Below, piece after piece: positions 17,809 through 25,960 of a stretch of DNA of 40,000 bases. Positions within the stretch are counted from its first letter, which is position 1. Every line of letters starts with the position of its first letter. The stretch comes from Rhodocyclaceae bacterium (GTDB lineage: Bacteria > Pseudomonadota > Gammaproteobacteria > Burkholderiales > Rhodocyclaceae): NCBI GenBank assembly GCA_049840475.1, contig JASGKX010000001.1:706575-746574 (forward strand). The letters are read 5' to 3'. Made by a program: the position numbers and the translations under genes. Under the pieces are notes generated by a model, which was given only the letters and a program-made list of their open reading frames with translations, was not told where the DNA came from and searched no databases.

Positions 17809-19824
17809 CTAGATCGCGACGAGAAGAAGAACGGCCAGCGTGACCACCACGTACAGGCAATAGACGCGGAAATCACCGTGCTGAAGCCACTGAATCTGTC
17901 GCCCCGTCCACTGCACTGCACGCGCGCAACGCACCACGACCGCGCGGTCCCAGACCGGCTCCATGCGTGTCGTTGCGCCGACCATCCAGTCGATGGCGCG
18001 CCGCGTCGCGCCGGCTGGACTGAGCACGTCGCGCAACTGATAAAGCGGTGAGAACAGGTGTTGGATGGGCTGAGCAAGGCCGCTTGGCGACACCGTCATC
18101 ACCTCTTCCTGTGCGTAGCCGCAAGCCCATGCATCGCCGGCATGGCGACGCGCCAGCCGAGCGCCCTTCAACGCCGCCACCAGAAGCAGCGGCACGCACA
18201 AGGTGCCAATCAGGATCAGCGTCAGCAAGGGCATGGACAACACGGCCTGTCCGGCGCTGACAGGGAACACGACCGCACCGTTGGCCACCGCCACCGAGGG
18301 CGCGTTGGCGAGGGCGGACGCCACGCCTGCCATCGCCGGAGCCACGACGGAAGCGCCGACGCCGAGCAGGACAGCACATGCCGCCAGCAGGACGAGCGCG
18401 GCAACCATCGGCCACGGCACTTCCGTGGCCTTGTCCGCGTGTTCGCTGCGCGGCAGACCGGAGAACGTGACACCCCACGCCTTGACGAAGCACACCGTGG
18501 CCAAGGCCCCGGTCAATGCAAGCATGACCATGCCGACCGGACCAGCAATGCGCGCCGCGAAGTCGCCTCCGCGCCCGAGCGAGAACAGCCCCTGATAGGT
18601 AAACCACTCGCTGACGAAACCGTTGAATGGCGGCAACGCACAGATTGCGATGCTGCCGATCAGGAACGTGCCCGCCGTCCATGGCATCCGCTTGGCCAAG
18701 CCGCCCAGCTTCGCCATGTCGCGCGTATGGGTGCGATAGAGAACAGCGCCGACGCCGAGGAACAGCAGTCCCTTGAAGACGGCGTGGTTGAGCAGGTGGT
18801 AGAAACCGGCAAGCAGGCCGATGACCGCCAGGGTCATGTTGCCGGTGGCGACCCCGATCATCCCGACACCGACCCCCATGAGGATGATGCCGACGTTCTC
18901 CACGGTGCAGTACGCCAGCAGGCGCTTGAGATCCGACTCGGCCAGCGCATAGAGCACACCGAGAAGGGCGGAGACCGCGCCGAAGGCCAACACGAGAATT
19001 CCCCACCATGCCTGCGATGCACCAAGCAGGTTGACCCCGACCTTGACGATACCGAACACGCCGATCTTCACCATCACACCGGACATCATCGCTGAGGCAT
19101 GCGACGGTGCCGCCGGGTGAGCGCGCGGCAGCCAGCCATGCAGAGGAACGATGCCCGCCTTGGCACCAAAGCCGAAGAACGCCAGCAGAAATACCAGCGA
19201 CGCGAGCGCCGGGGACAGTTTGAGCTGGCGGAAGCTCTCGAAATCAAGGCTGCCGCTGTGGGCGAAGAGAATGAGAAACGCCGCCATGATCAGCACGGAG
19301 CCGGCATGGGCAATGAGGAAATACAGGAAGCCCGCGCTCACCGATTCCCTGTCCTGATCGAAAATGACAAGGAAATATGAGGCCAGCGACATCATCTCGA
19401 AGAAGACGATGAAGTAGAACGCGTTGTCGACCGTCACCAACATCACCATCGAGCCGATGAACACGTTCATGAAAAAGCCTATCGCCCATGCGCCACGCCC
19501 GGCGTACTCGCGTACATAAGAGAGCGAATAGAGCGAGGAGGCACAGCCTACGAGCGAGATGACGAACACCATCAGCGCCGCCAGCGGGTCGATGCGCACG
19601 GCGAGTTGGGCGAAAGAGAACGGCCCGTCCACCACGAAATTGATCGTACTACCCGAAACCAGTATGGGAACCGAGCCCATCACCCCTGCTGCGCCGCCGA
19701 GAATACCGGCCAGCCCGGCAGCGCGGATCGCCAGCGCTTCGACACCGGTGAACAGCAGAGACACCACGGTGCCGGCGGCATAGCACGCTAGCGAGATGAT
19801 CAGCAGATTGACTGCGACACTCAT
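17809..19824 (-). CDS. hyfB: FHL membrane subunit HycC/HyfB (NuoL-like)
   Basis: Trimmed to ATG 19824 (MSVAVNLL...), giving 671 aa against about 672 aa for E. coli HyfB. This ATG overlaps the hyfA stop (ATGA). The 59 extra codons in ORF 17809..20001 run inside hyfA. Confidence 0.93.
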   Translation of the reverse strand: MSVAVNLLIISLACYAAGTVVSLLFTGVEALAIRAAGLAGILGGAAGVMGSVPILVSGSTINFVVDGPFSFAQLAVRIDPLAALMVFVISLVGCASSLYSLSYVREYAGRGAWAIGFFMNVFIGSMVMLVTVDNAFYFIVFFEMMSLASYFLVIFDQDRESVSAGFLYFLIAHAGSVLIMAAFLILFAHSGSLDFESFRQLKLSPALASLVFLLAFFGFGAKAGIVPLHGWLPRAHPAAPSHASAMMSGVMVKIGVFGIVKVGVNLLGASQAWWGILVLAFGAVSALLGVLYALAESDLKRLLAYCTVENVGIILMGVGVGMIGVATGNMTLAVIGLLAGFYHLLNHAVFKGLLFLGVGAVLYRTHTRDMAKLGGLAKRMPWTAGTFLIGSIAICALPPFNGFVSEWFTYQGLFSLGRGGDFAARIAGPVGMVMLALTGALATVCFVKAWGVTFSGLPRSEHADKATEVPWPMVAALVLLAACAVLLGVGASVVAPAMAGVASALANAPSVAVANGAVVFPVSAGQAVLSMPLLTLILIGTLCVPLLLVAALKGARLARRHAGDAWACGYAQEEVMTVSPSGLAQPIQHLFSPLYQLRDVLSPAGATRRAIDWMVGATTRMEPVWDRAVVVRCARAVQWTGRQIQWLQHGDFRVYCLYVVVTLAVLLLVAI

Positions 19825-20453
19825 GACTCGGCCTCCCCCGATGCAGTAAAGGGCCCGGGAATGTCGAGCGCCTCTGCGGCCTTCTCGCGCAGGGTCTGGC
19901 CTGCGTCGGACAACTCCGAATCCGCCACCATCACCAGCGCCTTCGTCGGACACACACGTATGCATTCCGGTCCGGTGGTGCGGAAGTCGCACAGATCGCA
20001 CTTGACGGCCACACTGCGTACGCCGGGCGTCCAGGCCAGCAGCGGATGCAACGTATGCACGCTATCGCTTGCCGCACCGGGCTCGCGCGGCGCGAGCGTC
20101 GCCGCAGAGACATAGCTCTGCCCCGTTGCTACGACGCCCGTGACGGGAGTGCCGCCCGGCGTGATGGCGCCGAAAGGACAGGCGATCGCACACAGCTTGC
20201 AACCAATGCAGAGGGTCTCGTTGAGCACGATGGCATCGTGTTCGTGTGTGATGGCCTTCACCGGGCACACGCGCGCGCAAGGCGCATCGTCGCAGTGGCG
20301 GCACAGCACGGGCGCAGTGCGATCACCGCTGGTGACGACCTTCAGTCTTGGCAGCCCCTGCAGACCGACCGCCTTGTGCACGACCGAGCACGCCGCCATG
20401 CATGTGTTGCAGCCAAAACAGCGCGAAGGCTCCGCAATCACGAAGCGATTCAT
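19821..20453 (-). CDS. hyfA: FHL 4Fe-4S ferredoxin subunit HycB/HyfA
   Basis: Trimmed to ATG 20453 (MNRFVIAEPSRCFGCNTCMAAC), with GGGGGAG 9 nt upstream. Product is 210 aa with multiple CxxCxxCxxxCP motifs. Confidence 0.9.
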   Translation of the reverse strand: MNRFVIAEPSRCFGCNTCMAACSVVHKAVGLQGLPRLKVVTSGDRTAPVLCRHCDDAPCARVCPVKAITHEHDAIVLNETLCIGCKLCAIACPFGAITPGGTPVTGVVATGQSYVSAATLAPREPGAASDSVHTLHPLLAWTPGVRSVAVKCDLCDFRTTGPECIRVCPTKALVMVADSELSDAGQTLREKAAEALDIPGPFTASGEAES

Positions 20454-20504
20454 GACCAGAAACTCCCCCGGGTATTGCGGCAGTGTGAGTAATGGCGACA
20501 GCAA

Positions 20505-20521
20505 ATGCAGAATCCATGCCA
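20505..20521 (-). promoter_or_regulatory. Sigma54 (-24/-12) promoter of the hyf operon
   Basis: The reverse strand reads TGGCATGGATTCTGCAT with correct GG-N10-GC spacing. It lies 52-68 nt upstream of the hyfA ATG, and the repeat motif is 83 nt further upstream. Confidence 0.62.
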
Positions 20522-20603
20522 CGGACGGAAAGCGCATCGAGACCGCGTCACGCCCTTTCTCTACAAGGACTTACGCTGAATCGAGAAATGGAACGCGCCG
20601 ATG

Positions 20604-20658
20604 TTCGTCAGAAGTGACGATGGCAGAAGCATGGTGACGACAGTTCGACACTGACGAA
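20604..20658. promoter_or_regulatory. Candidate shared enhancer (UAS) between hyfA and moaA
   Basis: Perfect inverted repeat TCGTCA-GAAG-TGACGA (20605-20620), further TGACGA copies at 20635 and 20652, and GTTCGACACT (20643-20652). The same elements occur in the same order as at 2948-2982. Confidence 0.45.
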
Positions 20659-20831
20659 TGACATGTTTTCGAATGCCGGCGATGCCACAGGCGCTCGCGC
20701 CAAGAATTCAGCCGCCAATGCGCGACTTCGTCATTTGCACCGCTCCAGTCAGGACAAGCCAGGCCTCCCCCGGTTTGTCTTTCCGTCCCCGGTCAGTGGT
20801 CATCTGGTCAGCGCGCGCGGATCGCGCAAGA

Positions 20832-20846
20832 TGGCACGGTGTATGC
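20832..20846 (+). promoter_or_regulatory. Sigma54-like (-24/-12) element facing moaA
   Basis: TGGCACGGTGTATGC has a perfect TGGCACG at -24, correct GG-N10-GC spacing and ATGC at -12. It lies about 230 nt upstream of the moaA ATG and about 180 nt downstream of the repeat motif. Confidence 0.4.
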
Positions 20847-20953
20847 CTGATAGTCACAGTCGTACGGATGCGGCACCCGCGCGCTAGTTCAGGCGCCAGA
20901 AGATGAACGATGCGTATCGCAAGCAACAGGACCGTCCTGACGCCGATACGGAA

Positions 20954-21013
20954 GCAGCATCCCGGGCCTCCTCGCGCAATGCCCACGGCATTGCGCGAAC
21001 GCTTTCGGGCTGC
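20954..21013 (+). other. Structured element in the putative moaA leader
   Basis: Perfect 11-bp hairpin CGCGCAATGCC-CAC-GGCATTGCGCG (20973-20997), enclosed by GCAG/CCCG (20954-20964) pairing with CGGG/CTGC (21006-21013). Function unknown. Confidence 0.35.
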
Positions 21014-21074
21014 ATGAACGTACCTAGTCGTCGGGCGCGTGGCTCCGGCTTCTTGATACCGCACATATACGAAG

Positions 21075-22148
21075 ATGATCGACATTTGCCAACTCTCTTC
21101 GCCGCATGTCACCAAGCGTCTGCCGGACCCGAGGGACAACGATGGAAGGGAACTCGTCGACCGCGAAATGCGCCGGATGCGTGACTTGCGGATATCCGTC
21201 ACCGATCGCTGCAACTTTCGCTGCAGCTATTGCATGCCGAAGAACGAGTTCAGCCGAAAGCACATCTTCTTGCCACGCACCGATCTCTTGAGCTTCTCCG
21301 AAATCGTCCGCCTTGCACGTCTCTTTGTCGCGGAGGGCGTGAGCAAGATCCGCATTACCGGCGGCGAGCCATTGTTGCGCCGCGACATCGAATTTCTGAT
21401 CGCCGACCTCGCGGCTCTCGGCGTGGAAGTGACACTCACCACCAATGGCTCACTGCTTGCCGGCAAGGCGCGCCTGTTGGCCGACGCGGGGCTGCACCGC
21501 GTGACGGTCAGCCTCGACGCGCTCGATGACTCGGTCTTTCGCCGCATGAACAATGTGGGCTTTCCCGTTCATCAAGTTCTGGCAGGGCTGGAAGCGGCTA
21601 CGGCTGCCGGACTTGCGCCCGTCAAGCTCAACTGCGTCGTCCGACGTGGCATCAACGACAATCAGATCTTGCCGCTCGCGCGCCATTTTCGAGGGACGGG
21701 GCAGATTCTCCGGTTCATCGAATTCATGGATGTGGGCACGAGCAACGGCTGGAAGATGGACGAAGTGCTTCCCTCCGCACACGTGCTCGCACGCCTGCAG
21801 TCTGAATTCCCACTTGATCCCGTCGACCAGAACTATCCCGGCGAAGTCGCAGAACGGTGGCGATATCGTGACGGCGCGGGCGAGATCGGCTTGATCTCTT
21901 CAGTCACGCGTGCCTTCTGCCGCGATTGCACCCGCGCCCGACTCTCACCGGATGGCCGCCTCTTCACCTGCCTCTTCGCCCACCACGGGCATGATTTGCG
22001 AGCGCCACTGCGTGCAGGCGTCACCGACACACAGATGGCACGCGTTATCCGTACCATCTGGAATAACCGCAACGATCGCTACTCAGAAATCCGCGGCACG
22101 CCCACGGCCAGTAGCAAGAGGATCGAGATGTCCTACATTGGCGGTTGA
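21075..22148 (+). CDS. moaA: GTP 3',8-cyclase MoaA (radical SAM, Moco biosynthesis step 1)
   Basis: 357 aa with [18 protein letters not shown], the second cluster [18 protein letters not shown], and the C-terminal MSYIGG. Confidence 0.93.
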   Translation: MIDICQLSSPHVTKRLPDPRDNDGRELVDREMRRMRDLRISVTDRCNFRCSYCMPKNEFSRKHIFLPRTDLLSFSEIVRLARLFVAEGVSKIRITGGEPLLRRDIEFLIADLAALGVEVTLTTNGSLLAGKARLLADAGLHRVTVSLDALDDSVFRRMNNVGFPVHQVLAGLEAATAAGLAPVKLNCVVRRGINDNQILPLARHFRGTGQILRFIEFMDVGTSNGWKMDEVLPSAHVLARLQSEFPLDPVDQNYPGEVAERWRYRDGAGEIGLISSVTRAFCRDCTRARLSPDGRLFTCLFAHHGHDLRAPLRAGVTDTQMARVIRTIWNNRNDRYSEIRGTPTASSKRIEMSYIGG

Positions 22149-22263
22149 TTCAGCAGACGCCACACGACCCCAACGAAGCATGCGTGTCCCACGGTGGGCA
22201 TCTACCAGGCGTTTCGCCGCCAGTTCGTCAGACGCAGTTTGCAGCCACGCTCCCGAAGGGTGT

Positions 22264-22695
22264 TCACCAGGATTTGAAGAACCCGAGCAAGCCTGGCGCC
22301 CTTTTCCACTCGCTGACGAACACGATCAGCGATGCGAGCCCCCAGAAGATGAGGTATTCGATGCCGCCTACGTTCCAGTACCAACCGGGCCCTTTTACGA
22401 CGATGGTCGCGTATGCAGCGACGACCATGAGCCCTGCGGATACGATGGCGGCATATTTCGTCAGCACACCAAAGATCAGTGCCAATCCAACCAGCAATTC
22501 GAGTGAGCCGGAAAAGATCACAAAGAACTCCGGCGGATGGAACCCTGCCTTGCCGAAGAACACCACGGTGCCGGCAAAGCCTACGATCTTGGACAGCACA
22601 TGCGGCAGATAGAAGGCGCCGGTGAGTACGCGCAGCAGTACGAGCGCCAAGTGATCGTCGGCGCGCGCCGACTGAAGGGAGAGGTCGCGAGACAT
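22264..22695 (-). CDS. DoxX family membrane protein
   Basis: 143 aa with four hydrophobic segments (LLRVLTGAFYLPH, HPPEFFV...LELLVGLALIFG) typical of DoxX. AAGGA lies upstream of the ATG. Confidence 0.75.
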   Translation of the reverse strand: MSRDLSLQSARADDHLALVLLRVLTGAFYLPHVLSKIVGFAGTVVFFGKAGFHPPEFFVIFSGSLELLVGLALIFGVLTKYAAIVSAGLMVVAAYATIVVKGPGWYWNVGGIEYLIFWGLASLIVFVSEWKRAPGLLGFFKSW

Positions 22696-22759
22696 GGCAT
22701 TTTTCCTTGTATGAGTTGAGTGGGAGTGTTGCCTGGATTGGCCTGGGCGGAGACCTTAA

Positions 22760-23386
22760 TCAGCCGACGGTCGGCAGATGCGCTGCAAGCTGCTCCAGCA
22801 ATGCCGGATGGGGCTCATGCCCTACGCCCGGTAGCACGTCCAGCGTCGGGACGGCCCCCCAGTGCGCCAGTCCTTGGTACGCGGCTTCAGCCAGCGCGAC
22901 AGGCATGACGGCGTCGGCGCTTCCGTGCAGTAGATGAATCGACGACGCCGGTCGCTGTGTCGGCAGCGTGGCAAAGCGCCCTGCCAGCGATACCACCCGT
23001 GCAGCAGGAGCATCCGCCAACTTGGTCGACTCAAGCGCCATGATTGCGCCCTGCGAGAATCCAACCAGCATGGTCTGTGGCGCGCCCACGCCAGCTACTT
23101 GCTGCCAATGCCGCACAGTCGCCACGAATCCCGGCATGGCGGCGTCCACGCGCGCCTGCCGATTATCTTCAGTCACGCCACGCACTGAGAACCATTGGCA
23201 ACCGCTCGATATGTCAGAGGGGTCTGGTGAAGCAACACTGACAACCATTGCCCGACGATCCCGCGCGGCAAACCACTGCGCTACCGCCAACATTGATTGC
23301 GGCACGCTGCCAACGCCGTGAAAGAGAAGTACCAACGCATTGGCGGTGGGATGAGCCTGCTGGACGATGATCGATTGTGTTGTCAT
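22760..23386 (-). CDS. Alpha/beta hydrolase, phospholipase/carboxylesterase family
   Basis: LVLLFHGVG, the nucleophile elbow GFSQGA, and HGSAD...GHE. ATG 23386 has GGAG upstream. The ORF-track start is GTG 23392. Confidence 0.8.
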   Translation of the reverse strand: MTTQSIIVQQAHPTANALVLLFHGVGSVPQSMLAVAQWFAARDRRAMVVSVASPDPSDISSGCQWFSVRGVTEDNRQARVDAAMPGFVATVRHWQQVAGVGAPQTMLVGFSQGAIMALESTKLADAPAARVVSLAGRFATLPTQRPASSIHLLHGSADAVMPVALAEAAYQGLAHWGAVPTLDVLPGVGHEPHPALLEQLAAHLPTVG

Positions 23387-23447
23387 GCACACACTCCAGT
23401 CGAAGAAAGATACTGATGACGCACGAATGTCATTTGAATGGCATGCG

Positions 23448-24275
23448 TCATGACAGTTGGCCGTGGGCGGGTGCGCCCATCACGGTGGGAAGTTGCCCGA
23501 AGACGTACCCTTCCATTGACAGCACGCCGTAGGTCACGCCGCCATCGATGACTTCGACGGATTCGTCGGCCTGACTGGCGCCCAAAGCGATCAGCAACGG
23601 CAGGAAGTGCTCGTCGGTCGGATGTGCGCGGCGGCTGTGCGGTGCGCTGCGAAAGTTCACGAGAGAGGATTCGTCATGCGACAGAACGGCCTGTCTCGCC
23701 CAGCGCACGAACTCATCAACGTAGGCCTCGGGCGTTGCGGCCCGCGATTGGCGGAATTCATACAGATTGTGGGTTAACCCGCCGGAGCCGACGATGAGTA
23801 CGCCACGATCACGCAGAGGCGCCAGGGCCTTGCCTAAGGCGAGCGCGCTCGGGGTTCGCATCTCGATCGGCAGCGAAATCTGCAAGACCGGCAGGGGCGC
23901 GTCCGGCAGCATATGCAGCAGCGGAACCCAGGCGCCGTGATCCAGCCCTTGCTCGCTTGCCAGGTCGGCGGTGATGCCGGATGAGGCCAGCAGTTCGACG
24001 ACTTCATGCGCGACATCGGGCGCGCCGGCGGCCGGATACGCAAGCCGATAGAGTTCAGCGGGGAAGCCGCCGAAGTCGTGAATCGTCTGCGGCTTGGCAT
24101 TTGCGCCGACGTGCATCCCACGCGTGCGCCAATGAGGCGACACCACCACAACGGCACGTACCTCGTTCAGCGCTTCGATGCGTGCGCCGACAGCACGCAG
24201 CAACAGACCGGCGACACCCGGGTCGATTGCGAACGTAGGCGCACCGTGTGAAACGAAGATGCTGGGTAAGCGCAT
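23448..24275 (-). CDS. Class III extradiol dioxygenase, YgiD / 4,5-DOPA-dioxygenase-like
   Basis: Trimmed to ATG 24275 (AGGAG upstream). MRLPSIFVSHGAP, VVVSPHW, IHDFGGFP, DHGAWVPL and GSGGLTHN are typical of the YgiD family. Confidence 0.85.
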   Translation of the reverse strand: MRLPSIFVSHGAPTFAIDPGVAGLLLRAVGARIEALNEVRAVVVVSPHWRTRGMHVGANAKPQTIHDFGGFPAELYRLAYPAAGAPDVAHEVVELLASSGITADLASEQGLDHGAWVPLLHMLPDAPLPVLQISLPIEMRTPSALALGKALAPLRDRGVLIVGSGGLTHNLYEFRQSRAATPEAYVDEFVRWARQAVLSHDESSLVNFRSAPHSRRAHPTDEHFLPLLIALGASQADESVEVIDGGVTYGVLSMEGYVFGQLPTVMGAPAHGQLS

Positions 24276-24335
24276 GAGACACTCCTGTCGGCCTGGGGCG
24301 CCTCGCACGAAGGCGAGGCACGCCGGTCACTGCAT

Positions 24336-25163
24336 TTACTTCACCATGCCGAAGGGGTCGGTCACGGTGTGCTGATTGGCGTTGTTCCAGTAGTTCTGGA
24401 GCACCCAACCATACTCGGGCAGGCCATTGATGAACGGGGCCAGCATGTCGTTGCCGGAGGGCTTCTTCCAGTCAGCCTGCAACTCAGCGCCCAGGGCGTA
24501 GACACTTTCCAATTCAGCGCCAGCGGCGGTCATGCGCTGCATGGCGGCGTCGGCTTCGTACTTGCTCCATGCACCCGATGCATCGACCACGGGGTAGACC
24601 GTGTAGCCGTCGTTGATCATGGAAAGCGTGGGCAACGTCACACAGGTGCCCAGCGTCACGCCTGAAATGATGATGTGCTTACGGCCTGTCTTGGCCACCA
24701 GGTCCTCTAGCGCCTTGCGGAAAGTGGGGTCCTCGTACGCATTGATGATGCCGGTGCGGCGATAGATGGGCTGATCTTTGAAGATCTCCTTCAACTCAGG
24801 CAAGGTGTCGCCGTTCTGCCACTGCGCGTTGGAACTCGTCACCAGAACGGGAATGTTCAGCGCCTTGGCCATCTGCGCCAGGGCGACAACGTTCGCTTTG
24901 TAGCCGGACGCTTGCTGAAAATCGCGCACGCTGGCCATCAATCCGATCTGGTGGTCGACGAAAAGCATGATCGTGTTCTCTGGCGTCGGCTTGTCGTATG
25001 CCGCACGGCCGGCCTTGCGTGCGTCGGCGGGGCTGACCTTAAGAGCAAGGGCTTGGTCGGTCGTCGGACTGACGATATCGGCCGGGCGCGACTGAGCCAG
25101 CGCCAGGGTGCATGCGCCGGCCAACGCGACGGCGGCGGCCACTCGGGTGATGCGAGGATTCAT
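24336..25163 (-). CDS. Isochorismatase-family cysteine hydrolase with N-terminal signal peptide
   Basis: MNPRITRVAAAVALAGACTLALA-Q looks like a Sec signal. The core has FVDHQ, a conserved Lys region and GVTLGTCV (the D-K-C triad pattern). Confidence 0.8.
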   Translation of the reverse strand: MNPRITRVAAAVALAGACTLALAQSRPADIVSPTTDQALALKVSPADARKAGRAAYDKPTPENTIMLFVDHQIGLMASVRDFQQASGYKANVVALAQMAKALNIPVLVTSSNAQWQNGDTLPELKEIFKDQPIYRRTGIINAYEDPTFRKALEDLVAKTGRKHIIISGVTLGTCVTLPTLSMINDGYTVYPVVDASGAWSKYEADAAMQRMTAAGAELESVYALGAELQADWKKPSGNDMLAPFINGLPEYGWVLQNYWNNANQHTVTDPFGMVK

Positions 25164-25202
25164 GGTTATCTCTTCTTTCAGCTACGTGTTGGGGAGAAGC
25201 GG

Positions 25203-25835
25203 TCAGGCCTTGTGGATCCACACCGGTGCGATGGACGTCCCGAGGCCAGCGCCATAGCCGAAGTAGATATTCAAGCCAGCCAGCGGCTCCAGGTACCGCG
25301 CGTTCTTAAGCCCGCCCGCATCCACGACGTCGAACCCGATGCTCTCCGCCAGCGCTTTGGCGGTCTGCTTGGCCGCCTCACTGTCCGAGGCCACGAACAC
25401 TGCAACCTTGCGTCCTTCGCCAAAATCAGCGCCGCCAGCCAGCACTTGAGCGAAGACTGTGTTGAATGCCTTCACGACGTTTGCGCCAGGTACTGCGCGA
25501 GCGATCTCTTCCGCCGCACTGGTGTCATGACCGATGGTCAGGCCCATGTAGTCAGCGGTGAGCGGGTTGGTGATGTCGATGACGACCTTGCCGGCCAGAT
25601 TTCCCACCTTCCGCAGCGCATCGACCGCATCGGCGTAGGCTGTTGCCAGCACGACGACGTCATGCTCTGCCGCAGCGCCTTCAGAGGACACCGCAGACAC
25701 GCCGGAATACGTGTTCGCCAACGCTTCCGCCTTTTCCTGGCTGCGTGCCGTCACCGAAACCTGATGGCCGGCTGCACTCAGTTGCTTCACGAATGCCGAG
25801 CCCATGTTGCCGGCGCCAATGACGAGGACTTTCAT
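25203..25835 (-). CDS. NADPH-dependent F420-reductase-like oxidoreductase (NpdG family Rossmann protein)
   Basis: MKVLVIGAGNMGSAF dinucleotide-binding fold, with family-typical ITNP and KAFN. ATG 25835 has AAAGGAA upstream. The ORF-track start at 25850 is TTG. Confidence 0.78.
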   Translation of the reverse strand: MKVLVIGAGNMGSAFVKQLSAAGHQVSVTARSQEKAEALANTYSGVSAVSSEGAAAEHDVVVLATAYADAVDALRKVGNLAGKVVIDITNPLTADYMGLTIGHDTSAAEEIARAVPGANVVKAFNTVFAQVLAGGADFGEGRKVAVFVASDSEAAKQTAKALAESIGFDVVDAGGLKNARYLEPLAGLNIYFGYGAGLGTSIAPVWIHKA

Positions 25836-25960
25836 CTGGATTCCTTTCAAAGCTGTTGGATGCGCCGCAGTGCATGTGCGGCATGGGCTCCACTTTAAAA
25901 GTCCTTCCTGTCGTGATAAATATGGCCAATTGCGACTGACTATCCCGAACTGAGGGACAA

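Noticed and set aside
17809-20001. N-terminally extended ORF-track models (hyfB 730 aa, hyfI 393 aa, hyfA 238 aa, hypA 162 aa, hypC 100 aa, feoA 112 aa, glyS 713 aa)
   Set aside because: The extensions overlap the upstream gene or lack homology. Internal starts with Shine-Dalgarno sequences or start/stop overlaps reproduce the lengths of the characterised homologues.
20850-21075. Calling the moaA leader a Moco riboswitch
   Set aside because: I could not recognise the conserved Moco-motif nucleotides by eye. Only a generic hairpin is supportable without a covariance-model search.
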